DNA from: a virus
Direction: 5' to 3' (one strand)
DNA length: 64,000 nt
Virus record (IMG/VR): IMGVR_UViG_3300020394_000003
Span: 32,001-96,000 of that record
The notes under the pieces were generated by a model. That model searched no databases, was not told the DNA's origin, and saw nothing but the letters and a program-made list of their open reading frames with translations. A program made the position numbers and the translations under genes. Numbering within the stretch: position 1 is the first letter of the stretch; each line of letters opens with the position of its first letter. Shown here piece by piece: positions 19,363 through 28,600 of this stretch.

Positions 19363-20026
19363 GCAGCTAAACAGAGTAAGAACTTTAATAGGGCCGTTTA
19401 AAAGAAATAAGATGTTCTTTGTGCACATTCCAAAAAATGCAGGAACCACAGTGATGAGGGTGTTGTTACAGCATCCGCAAGGGGCTAGCTGTCATGCTAC
19501 TGCAACACAAATCAATGGATTAGACGAGTATAAAGATTGGAACAATTTTATTTTTTGTAGAGATCCCCTCGATAGATTTATTAGCGTATACCTTTGGCGC
19601 CTCAGAAAAGACGAGCTTATACAAAACATTTCAATGAATGAAGTTGTCGAGAGGCTAAGCAAAGAAAATATTAGACAACCAAAAGAATTATGGGATTTCG
19701 AAACAGACCCTGAAAAGCTTGATCGAATGTTTAACAAGCAGGTAACATGGATAAACAATAAGACTGTTTATGTGGGACGTGTTGAAGCCGTCGGTAATCA
19801 CATGCATTACTTACGCGATCATTACGGTCTACGTATTCCTTGGACAATGACAGAATTTCGAAGACACGAAAACCCAGCAAAAACGTTTGGCCCTCAAACA
19901 CCAGAAACTAGAAAAAAATTAATTAACATTTTAAAGGATTCTACAACTTTACGCAACAATTTTTTTGATTATTATGCTGAAGATTATGAAAGATTCGGGT
20001 ATAATATACCAAAGGGTTTAAAATAA
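19340..20026 (+). CDS. Sulfotransferase (family 2 type)
   Basis: FFVHIPKNAGTTV (5'-PSB loop); RDPLDRFISVY (3'-PB); YAEDYERFGY. Confidence 0.85.
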   Translation: MMTTTDPRQLNRVRTLIGPFKRNKMFFVHIPKNAGTTVMRVLLQHPQGASCHATATQINGLDEYKDWNNFIFCRDPLDRFISVYLWRLRKDELIQNISMNEVVERLSKENIRQPKELWDFETDPEKLDRMFNKQVTWINNKTVYVGRVEAVGNHMHYLRDHYGLRIPWTMTEFRRHENPAKTFGPQTPETRKKLINILKDSTTLRNNFFDYYAEDYERFGYNIPKGLK

Positions 20027-20973
20027 TGTACACCAAAGATCTGTCTCAAACAAAATATGGGATAAACCAAAGCCTGCAAACAGCTCAATCATGGATTGAG
20101 CCAAACAATCCTGATTATTTTTATCGAGGTGGCACTAGGTTTTTGAATCATTGGATACAGCTGCAGAGGCAACGCAGAGAAGAGCATTCAGCACAGATGG
20201 ATAGAATTACTCCTGAAGTTTTGGATATTGTCAAGACAATTGAAGAACAGGGTTACTACAAAATTGAAAATTTTTGGGACACTGAACTGCTAGACGAAGT
20301 AAAAAATCAGACAATTGAGATGATGAGAAGTGCAGATCCTAAAAAGGTGAATTATCCTCAAAACGGAGTTCATACAAAAATCATTCATCCATTAAAAAAT
20401 ATACCAATAACAAACAAGATGGCAACACACCCAAAGATTCAAGCCATCGCAGCGGCATTCCTAGGAGCCCCGGCGGGCCTAGGAACTACAAATCTCAGGA
20501 TGAGCACCGCCGACAAATCTAAAAATGTCGGAACTAACATGTTTCATAAGGACTTTAATAGCCCTATCAGGCTTATTAAGTTTTTTACATATTTTAACGA
20601 CGTTACAAAAGAAAACGGACCTTTTACTTATGTAAAAAATTCAAATCGCATGATGCCATCTGATCCTCCATGGTGGTCAATTCACCGTTGGCCGGATGAC
20701 AAAATTGAAAGCATTTATGGGAAAGATAGAATTATAAATTTAACAGCAAATTACGGAGATCTGATTGTTGCAACTACAAATGGGTTTCACAAAGGCCTTA
20801 AGCTAGAATCGGGAGAAAGGCTGATGCTGACCCTTAATTATCTTATTCATCCCGAGTGCGGAGACAGAGGATTTGATGCACCGCCAGAGGCAATTCATCC
20901 TGTTTTGAAAGATACTTTTGATGACCTTGCCCCCGAGGACAAATATTTATATGACTTTATGGAGAGAGTATGA
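20026..20973 (+). CDS. 2OG-Fe(II) dioxygenase, PhyH-like
   Basis: FHKD (HxD), YFNDV..ENGPF, GDLIV, FHKG, distal R. Confidence 0.8.
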   Translation: MYTKDLSQTKYGINQSLQTAQSWIEPNNPDYFYRGGTRFLNHWIQLQRQRREEHSAQMDRITPEVLDIVKTIEEQGYYKIENFWDTELLDEVKNQTIEMMRSADPKKVNYPQNGVHTKIIHPLKNIPITNKMATHPKIQAIAAAFLGAPAGLGTTNLRMSTADKSKNVGTNMFHKDFNSPIRLIKFFTYFNDVTKENGPFTYVKNSNRMMPSDPPWWSIHRWPDDKIESIYGKDRIINLTANYGDLIVATTNGFHKGLKLESGERLMLTLNYLIHPECGDRGFDAPPEAIHPVLKDTFDDLAPEDKYLYDFMERV

Positions 20974-21281
20974 TTGTATATATTGATATTGATGAGACAA
21001 TCGCAAAAACCCCTGATAGTAGAGATTATAGCTTGTCTAAGCCTATTGAAGAAAATATTAAAAAGGCAAACAAGTATTATGAAGAAGGACACACTGTCGT
21101 GTACTGGACTGCTAGAGGTTCAGGAACCGGCATTGATTGGTATGATGTTACCAAAAAACAACTTAAGTCATGGGGAGTAAAACACCATGAGCTGAGATTA
21201 GGTAAACCAGTCTATGATTTGTTTATAGACGATAAAGCAATGAACCCATCAGTATGGGAGAACAAAGGAGAAGCCAAATGA
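20970..21281 (+). CDS. Small HAD phosphatase (capsule-locus type)
   Basis: YIDIDETI; WTARG; GKP..DLFIDDKA. Confidence 0.82.
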   Translation: MIVYIDIDETIAKTPDSRDYSLSKPIEENIKKANKYYEEGHTVVYWTARGSGTGIDWYDVTKKQLKSWGVKHHELRLGKPVYDLFIDDKAMNPSVWENKGEAK

Positions 21282-21472
21282 GCAACAACGAAACAAACAA
21301 CCTGCACCTTTCAGATCAAGCCATTGGAGCCGTTATGATGGCTTTACAGCGCAGCCTGTTGGAACAATCAGATATTGTCCCAACACTTAAGGAAATGAAG
21401 CTTAAGCAGTCGGAACAGGGTCTAGTGGTCTTAAACCCGCCAATTGTCCGAGCAGCATCTGACGCTGAATAA
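21278..21472 (+). CDS. Small hypothetical protein
   Basis: AAGGAG at 21265-21270, then ATG 21278 overlapping the upstream stop. Confidence 0.65.
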   Translation: MSNNETNNLHLSDQAIGAVMMALQRSLLEQSDIVPTLKEMKLKQSEQGLVVLNPPIVRAASDAE

Positions 21473-21732
21473 TGCCGCGATACTCTTATTATTGTGAATC
21501 TTGCGAAACTGTATCAAAGGTGTTCCACTCTATGAGTACGGTTTTACAAGAATGTCCACAGTGTTTGGCGCAAGATGGATTTTACAAAATGTTATCTAAG
21601 CCATCTTATAATAAAAGCAAGAACACAAAAGAAGAACCAAAAGAAAAAGTGGAACAACATATTCAGGAAGCTAGAGAACAACTTGACAAGCAAAAGCGCA
21701 ATATGAGAAATGAGGAGCTAGTAGAAAAATGA
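21472..21732 (+). CDS. FmdB-family zinc-ribbon protein
   Basis: MPRYSYYCESC ... ECPQC. Confidence 0.8.
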   Translation: MPRYSYYCESCETVSKVFHSMSTVLQECPQCLAQDGFYKMLSKPSYNKSKNTKEEPKEKVEQHIQEAREQLDKQKRNMRNEELVEK

Positions 21733-22088
21733 CAATACCTATACAATACGTTGTACTAGTATGCTTGCTATTTTTAATTTCTTTGATCATTAATGCTGTA
21801 TTAATTTGGTATGCGCGCAATTCAATAATTCAATTAGCGTTTATTTCTGATAATTTAAACGATTTAAGAAACTCTGTCAGCGTGTATGCGAAGCACCTAA
21901 GAAATGTATATGAGCTAGAGATGTTTTATGGTGATGAAACCCTAGGAGCCCTGATGCAGCACACTACTGAGCTAGAAGCATCTTTGGAACTATATGAGGA
22001 TTTTTATGATTTATTTGAAACTGAAGACGGGGTGACTGAAGTAATGGTAGAAGAGGAGGAAGAAATAGATGCCGCCCCGCAGACGTAG
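21729..22088 (+). CDS. Membrane-anchored hypothetical protein
   Basis: N-terminal hydrophobic helix (YVVLVCLLFLISLIINAVLIWY), helical body, acidic tail. Confidence 0.65.
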   Translation: MTIPIQYVVLVCLLFLISLIINAVLIWYARNSIIQLAFISDNLNDLRNSVSVYAKHLRNVYELEMFYGDETLGALMQHTTELEASLELYEDFYDLFETEDGVTEVMVEEEEEIDAAPQT

Positions 22089-22770
22089 CAGCAAGAAAGA
22101 TCCAAAAAAACAATATTTTAGAAAAGAACATGAAGACGCAATCATCAAATACGCTCAAACAGATGATCATCGAGAGAGGACATTTTTATACGAAACACTA
22201 ATTGGTCCTGCTTTTTCTGAAATGGTTGACAAAATTGTATTTACATATAGATTTACAAACTTGCCAAACATTGAAGAACTGCAAGAAGAGTGTAAAATTT
22301 GGTTGACAACAATTTTAGATAAGTATGATCCAAGTAAAGGTTCAAAAGCATTTTCATATTTTTCGGTAATTACTAAAAATTGGTTTATTCATAAAGTTAA
22401 AAGACAGCAAAAAAGACTAGTAAGAGAGACAGATTTAGAGTCTTTGTCGAGCCAAGCTCATTTAGACCACATGTCAACAACAAACAAATATTTGCCGGAA
22501 AGAATTGAAAGAGAATTCTGGGAATTGTTGTGGAAAGAGATGGAGTCATGGGATGTGGCAACCATGAAAGAAAATGAAAGAAAAGTATACGAAGCAGTTA
22601 AAATTCTACTATCGAACCCAGACGACATAGAAATTTTTAACAAAAAAGCTATTTATCTTTACTTGAGGGAAATCACTGGATTGAATACAAAACAGGTTGT
22701 CAATAATCTGAATAAAATGCGTAAGAGATATAAGACCTTCAAAGAAAAGTGGAATGGTGGAGAATTGTGA
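22069..22770 (+). CDS. Phage-encoded sigma-factor-like protein (candidate late sigma)
   Basis: Region-2-like LDKYDPSKGSKAFSYFSVITKN; C-terminal HTH-like LREITGLNTKQV; positioned just upstream of the structural module. Confidence 0.7.
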   Translation: MPPRRRSSKKDPKKQYFRKEHEDAIIKYAQTDDHRERTFLYETLIGPAFSEMVDKIVFTYRFTNLPNIEELQEECKIWLTTILDKYDPSKGSKAFSYFSVITKNWFIHKVKRQQKRLVRETDLESLSSQAHLDHMSTTNKYLPERIEREFWELLWKEMESWDVATMKENERKVYEAVKILLSNPDDIEIFNKKAIYLYLREITGLNTKQVVNNLNKMRKRYKTFKEKWNGGEL

Positions 22771-23057
22771 AATTAGATCAATACATATCAGAAGTCGTTG
22801 ACAATATTCGTGCCGATAGAGAGGTTACGAAAGAATTGTTGAATGATGCGATTAACTATATGACTTCAAAAGCAGACGCACACGAATCAGTGGGTCAAGT
22901 CGCCGCGAAGTATGTAGAGACTCTACAGCGTTCAAACGAGCAACTGGTAAAGATTGCAAGCCTAGTTCACAAACAAGAGCAAGTCAAGTCGGATTCACTA
23001 TCTGATCAAGATAAACAAGAACTTATGGACATGATCAATACGGGAGATACAATGTAA
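22767..23057 (+). CDS. Helical hypothetical protein
   Basis: GTG at 22767 overlaps the sigma stop and follows GGAG. Confidence 0.6.
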   Translation: MKLDQYISEVVDNIRADREVTKELLNDAINYMTSKADAHESVGQVAAKYVETLQRSNEQLVKIASLVHKQEQVKSDSLSDQDKQELMDMINTGDTM

Positions 23058-24541
23058 TGGCTGAAAAAGGTGATGATAGATATCTTCCCGGCACACTAAA
23101 TCCTAGTGCTATACAATCCCCGGGTGATTATAAAGAAACTGTTGGTCCATCAATGGACAACAACAACTTTTTTACAAAGTTTCACGAAACGATGCAAAAG
23201 GGCGCATCCCTTAATACCTTTAAGGGTGTTAACAGATACAAAGCAATGGTAATCAGTGAAGTCAAGACTACAAAATCTGGTGGATTTCTTGGTTTTGGTG
23301 GTAAAGAAAGGTATGAATTTAGAATCAGAATACCGGAGCTACACAGCGGTATTCAAGACCCATGTGCTCTTCCTCCCGATGGTGGCGGCGGCGCCAACTT
23401 TAACGACAAGGTAAAGAAACTAGTAGGTATGCACCCAATGGCCTATAGTGCTTCAGACAAAGAGGGCGGCGACGGAAATTTGCCAGAGCCAAAAATGGGG
23501 GATATTGTATGGGTTGAATTTGAAAAAGGCCCATCTGCTGGTAAAATGTCTGCGCCAATCTATGTTGGAAGATTCAGCAAAGGAAAGGGTACAAACAATA
23601 TCTCGGAAGTTTGTGACGGCCTAGCAGAATCTATGAATGCAGCAGGTAACCGAAGTACCGTAGGTGGTAATCATGCCAATGTCGGAGGATATGGAGGAGA
23701 TCCCTCCTCATGGCCCGTGAGCGACTCTTCTGAACATATTGAAGGTGAGGCCGCATCGGGCCTCCACGACGTAGCTAGAGCTTATTATGAAGAACTAGGG
23801 TATACTTGGTATGACGATCCATTCATGTTAAATCTTATGGGAATCAGAAATACAAACACTAGATCTAACAACTCTTTTGATGATAAGATTATTTGTATGT
23901 ATACTGATGATGCTGGTACACAGCATGTCTATGTCTGGCCCGGTACCACCCGTCCCGGCCGGCCAGCAATGATGGATGGTCGAACAGGTGGTATTGCTAT
24001 TATGACACCATCTGCCCCACAGTACCATGCAGACTTTCCTACTAGTCACGGCGCATATCCGGGCCGTACCGCATCGGCTGGCCAAAAAACATACTATAAA
24101 GGCGCCCCTTCAGATGGTAAGGTGCGAGGTAGGAACTCGGATAGCGGCACTGGTTTTGCTGGTGATGGACCTGACCCAGTTCAAGCTTATCGAGACACCA
24201 ATAACGACGATGTATTTGACTATGATCCAAATTCAATTAAAGGTTGTGCACAGTGTCAAATTCACGGTACCGGGCCTCACATGGGAGATGGAGTCGCTGC
24301 CAACGTTGGTGGTTTAAGAGCAGACGGCTCAGCTTGGGCATGGTCTGAAGGTTGTCAAGTTTGGGGTTCATGGGCAGATTATACCTTCTGGTTATCTTTG
24401 TGGTCGCAGCAAATTCAAAATGGTCGCGAGTACATTGATTATGTTCTGATTAGAGCAGAAGATTCTCCAGAGTTATGGGGCACCCAAACAGAATCAGGGG
24501 CACCATCCGACGAACCGCAAGCCGGTGATCCGATAGAATAA
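23057..24541 (+). CDS. gp5-like baseplate hub protein: OB-fold-like N-terminus plus putative cysteine (L,D-transpeptidase-like) cell-wall domain
   Basis: FRIRIPELH and PKMGDIVWVEFE...PIYVG (gp5/VgrG OB-like). C-terminal GIRN..FDD..TTRPG..YRD...IH...WSEGCQV. Confidence 0.55.
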   Translation: MAEKGDDRYLPGTLNPSAIQSPGDYKETVGPSMDNNNFFTKFHETMQKGASLNTFKGVNRYKAMVISEVKTTKSGGFLGFGGKERYEFRIRIPELHSGIQDPCALPPDGGGGANFNDKVKKLVGMHPMAYSASDKEGGDGNLPEPKMGDIVWVEFEKGPSAGKMSAPIYVGRFSKGKGTNNISEVCDGLAESMNAAGNRSTVGGNHANVGGYGGDPSSWPVSDSSEHIEGEAASGLHDVARAYYEELGYTWYDDPFMLNLMGIRNTNTRSNNSFDDKIICMYTDDAGTQHVYVWPGTTRPGRPAMMDGRTGGIAIMTPSAPQYHADFPTSHGAYPGRTASAGQKTYYKGAPSDGKVRGRNSDSGTGFAGDGPDPVQAYRDTNNDDVFDYDPNSIKGCAQCQIHGTGPHMGDGVAANVGGLRADGSAWAWSEGCQVWGSWADYTFWLSLWSQQIQNGREYIDYVLIRAEDSPELWGTQTESGAPSDEPQAGDPIE

Positions 24542-24553
24542 AAGAGGAAGTAA

Positions 24554-25609
24554 ATGAGTCTATTCAGCAAAGGAAGAGACAAAGGTCGAGAAACTAAAAA
24601 TATTGAAGGAAGCAAGAAGAAACGAATCGACGATATTTCTGATGATTCGATAGGGACTGGTTCTGATGAGGCAAAAGAAGCCCGCCGCCGTGTTATGGGT
24701 GGTGTTGGCTGTGAGTCGATGATAGAGCCGGTACCTACTTATGATCAGGCTCCCTGCGAAACTGTTATTAATGGGGCGAATAACCAGTGGATTGTTTTAG
24801 GTCGCGACCGCCCGGGCAACAGGGCCTCTGGTTATGGTGGTGCCGGCCACACTCACTGTGGACACATCGATCTCTGTGTTGGCCGAGCATCCAGCAAAAA
24901 CAACGGATTGAAAGCAGCAGGACCTAGCGATGATGATATCGTAGGAAACAACTTTTTTAATGATGCTGCAAGAATTTATATTTCTTCAAAAACAGATATT
25001 GATAAAAACTTTGGATTGTCAAGAGGAAGACAAGGAAACAAAAAAGCTCATTCAGGTATCGGTATAAAAGCCGACGCGGTAAGAGTAATCGGGCGCGCCG
25101 GCGTAAAGATAGTTACAGGAAAAGCGCAAAATGTCAAAGCTGGCGCCGGCGGCGAAAAATTATCAATGGGCTCTAAAGATATTCGGCCTTCACCAAAAAT
25201 TGAATTGATTGCGGGTAATCAAGATGGCTCATCAAGACATTTTTCTATAGACAAAGGGTTCTTTACAGTAAACAATATCCAACCGGCAGTACTGGGCGAT
25301 AACATGGTTGAAGCTGTAAGCGAACTGGTTGAGCTAGTTAATCAGTTACAAGGAGCTTTAGTAAACTTTGCAGCTCAGCAATCAATTTTAAATGGTATTT
25401 TGGCAATACACACACACCCAGTCGCACTTGCATATACGACACCATCACCAGAACTAGCTGCAGCAGGAATCAATAATACAATTAAGATGGTGACAGATGT
25501 TCACATTCCGCTATTTTCTCAAAAAGTGAATACAATGTTTTATGAAATGAATTATCTACAGCCTTTCGGTATGCAATATATTAACAGCAGAAATGTTAAT
25601 ATTACTTAG
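24554..25609 (+). CDS. Putative baseplate spike protein
   Basis: Beta-rich segments (IVLGRDRP, ARIYIS, IKADAVRVIGR) and a distal HTH motif (ILAIHTHP) like iron-binding phage spikes; follows the gp5-like gene. Confidence 0.55.
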   Translation: MSLFSKGRDKGRETKNIEGSKKKRIDDISDDSIGTGSDEAKEARRRVMGGVGCESMIEPVPTYDQAPCETVINGANNQWIVLGRDRPGNRASGYGGAGHTHCGHIDLCVGRASSKNNGLKAAGPSDDDIVGNNFFNDAARIYISSKTDIDKNFGLSRGRQGNKKAHSGIGIKADAVRVIGRAGVKIVTGKAQNVKAGAGGEKLSMGSKDIRPSPKIELIAGNQDGSSRHFSIDKGFFTVNNIQPAVLGDNMVEAVSELVELVNQLQGALVNFAAQQSILNGILAIHTHPVALAYTTPSPELAAAGINNTIKMVTDVHIPLFSQKVNTMFYEMNYLQPFGMQYINSRNVNIT

Positions 25610-25619
25610 GAATTAAAAA

Positions 25620-28600
25620 ATGGCAACTCACGACAAAGAAACATCAACTAGTAAATCTGAAACTAGTACGACAGAGACACAGGGCAATGAGTATGACTAC
25701 ATTGATTATCAATCACTTCCTGCTGATGATAGTAATTGTGATGTCACCGCTGTAGATGTTGAAGAATTAATCGAAGATTGTCCAACTTGCGTACCAAATC
25801 CAAAAGCCCCAGTAATTGACTGGACCAAAAGAACAGATTCAGAGCCGTTTCTAAACGAGAGAAAATGCACATACTCAATTGTTTTACGAACAAAGTATGA
25901 AGGAACCGGCGGCACAGGTGAACTGCAGGATCGTCTGGATGAATATACTGAAGAGGGCGTCATTAAGTTGCTAGCTCATTATAATAAGGCCTTGGATGCT
26001 AATACGGTTGCTGCTATGCTTAGTGTTGCCGGCGCTACGGATCACTTCGTACCACCTAGACCAAAGCTTAAAATGAAGGTGCTCATCGAAATCCCAGCTA
26101 ATGATTTTGATAAAATGCCATCAGCACAAGAGGTGCCAGAAGATAGTACACAAAGCGAAGAGGATGCAGCTGCAGATGAGCAGTCTATTGTTTACACAGC
26201 AACTCTTGAAATAGAAGGATTAGAGGAAAAATTTAAACAAATCGAGCACGGCCTATCAGCATACGCTAGGTTTCAAGTTATTTATCTAAAAACACAAGGT
26301 GGCCAAGTTAGATTCCCCGGTGGTCAAATGGTCAATCTACTGCAAGAATCTAGACACTTTAAAAAAGTATATCCGGCCATTGTAAACTTTTTGAGAGATA
26401 AGGGTTTTAGTTTACGTGAAGGCCGCGGCAATAATACATTAGGAAAAATTCCCGGTGGTCCTAAGCTAGCAAACAAGGTTGTCATTGATTTTGATGACGG
26501 ATACGTAGTTAAAAAAGTTACTGTACTACGACACGGTACATGTGAAGAAAAGCCGACTGTATTTAAGGGCAACAAACTATACACATTAAAAAACACATAT
26601 CCATTTGATCGGCCCACCACAATGGCATTTCTTCCCAAGATTGAAGAAATGACAATGGATCTTCGCCGCCGCGAAGGAATGATGCCTTGGACGGAATTTG
26701 CTAGAACTTATGTATGGCCCACGCCATCTATTGCTAGTGGAGTTGATCTAACCTCTGCTATGGCAGCGTTCGCGTCAGCAGCAACAGGGCAAGCCACTGA
26801 TAAAGACATGGAAACGCTAGCAAAAACAGCTGTGACCATGAGTGAGGCGGACAAGATTTCTTCACAGACCCCCGGTTCGTGGAAGGCTGCAGAAGATGCG
26901 TATGCCGACTATAAGGAAAGATCAGGACAGGATAATTACAGAGGTAGTGCTCTTGAAAACAGGCTAGAAAAGTGGAATGATCCAGATTATACCTATGAAG
27001 ATACGATCAATGACAAGACACTAGATTCAAAAGAGCAGGCGGCTATTGCTTGTGCAATTCATGAAGACGGTTTGAAGTCAGTCGTCGGGGAGGCTTGGGA
27101 CGATTTTAGCGAAGGGTTCATGGATGAGCTATTCAGCATTTGGGACGCGGTATCGTATCAATTTCAAAATTATCTTTGTATGTCTCCCGAAGAGCGCGCT
27201 AAATTATTAGCAGATCTACAATCGATGAGAAGCCAAGCCATGGTAGCCGCTTTCGCAGAAATGATGGCTCTTATGTTTGGATTCGTGGAAATGATTCAAT
27301 CATTCCAAGAAAGTTTAGACGAGATTAAGGATCTTAAGAATCTCTACTCTTTCGCATTTGATGAGATTAAACTGTGCGGTCTATTCAACTTGTTAATGGC
27401 CTTCATCGAATGTCTTGCAATGGGCTTAGATTTAGAAGAAATGCTTCAGCCACTGCTAGCTGCAGCACTTGCTAACATGGATGTTGTTCCATTCGAAAAA
27501 CTGTTTGTTGGCCTGCCTCCCGAAGTACAGGCTGAAGTCATGGCCAAAGTCGAAGCAGACCTAGGCAGTCATATGATGCCATGGGATGCAGCAAAAATTC
27601 AAGGAAAACCCGACCCAGCAGCGGAAACATCATTTGCAAACAAGCCATCTGCAGGAACGGTAGTCTCATGGGGTGGTCCCGGTACACCGCTCAATGCTGA
27701 AAAGAGCGCCGCTAGACAAGACCCAGATAATATTAAAGCTTCAGATCTAGCAGTTGCTCGCAAACTAGAAAATGCCGCAAAACAAATTAGAGAAGGATCC
27801 GTATATTATACAGATCCCGATGAGAACGGAAACTCAGAGAAAAAATATGCTCTAACAGAGGCTCAAGCTTTTGAGCAAGCTGTTATGACTAACGCCGCTG
27901 GAGTAAATGATAAATTACGCGCTTTTGCTGAGGCCTACAATATAGATCCTTATATGGATAGCGTTCAAATTGCTCAAAAATTAGTTGATTTTGCAAACGG
28001 GTCAAGCACGATGTCTGTCAACAACCTCGGCGTCACCCAAGCTGGCACAGTAGAAGCGGATCAGACAGTTGAGTATCAAACTAGATACGAACAAGCAATA
28101 CAAGAGTATTGTAAAGCGAACTACGAACTCCAAATGGCGCAATTGGCCGACGATGATCCAAAGCCATCTTATGACGAATTTAAAGTAAGCTGCAGAGACA
28201 CCTCAGAAGCTAAAGCCTATGCAGAAGCTCTAGCTACCGCATATAACGCCGGCCTAGCTGATGATGGAACGATTGGTTCCAATGGACCTTACGGCACAAG
28301 AGGTTCACTCGGCGCTGCTCTAGGAAGTTCGGTATCAACTCTGATATCTGCATATGCGCAGGCTATTTTAGACTATTACGTTGTTAATGGGATATTAGAA
28401 GACCTCAAAGACTTTATTGAGGAACTACCCGGTGCAGCATTTGTTGCAAAAATCATTGCAGCTATTGACTGTATTGTTCCACCATTATTTGATCCGCCCT
28501 TGTTTGATTTCTTAAACACATTAGAAATTGATTTCTGTAATAACCAATATGGTATTGTGCTGCCCCGATTCTCGGGTATTCAACTACCAAACTGGAAAGA

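Noticed and set aside
4134-21281. Island as a bacterial capsule/LPS locus (host contamination)
   Set aside because: No export or polymerase genes; it is continuous with phage genes and shares the same Pro-Gly codon/CCWGG signature.
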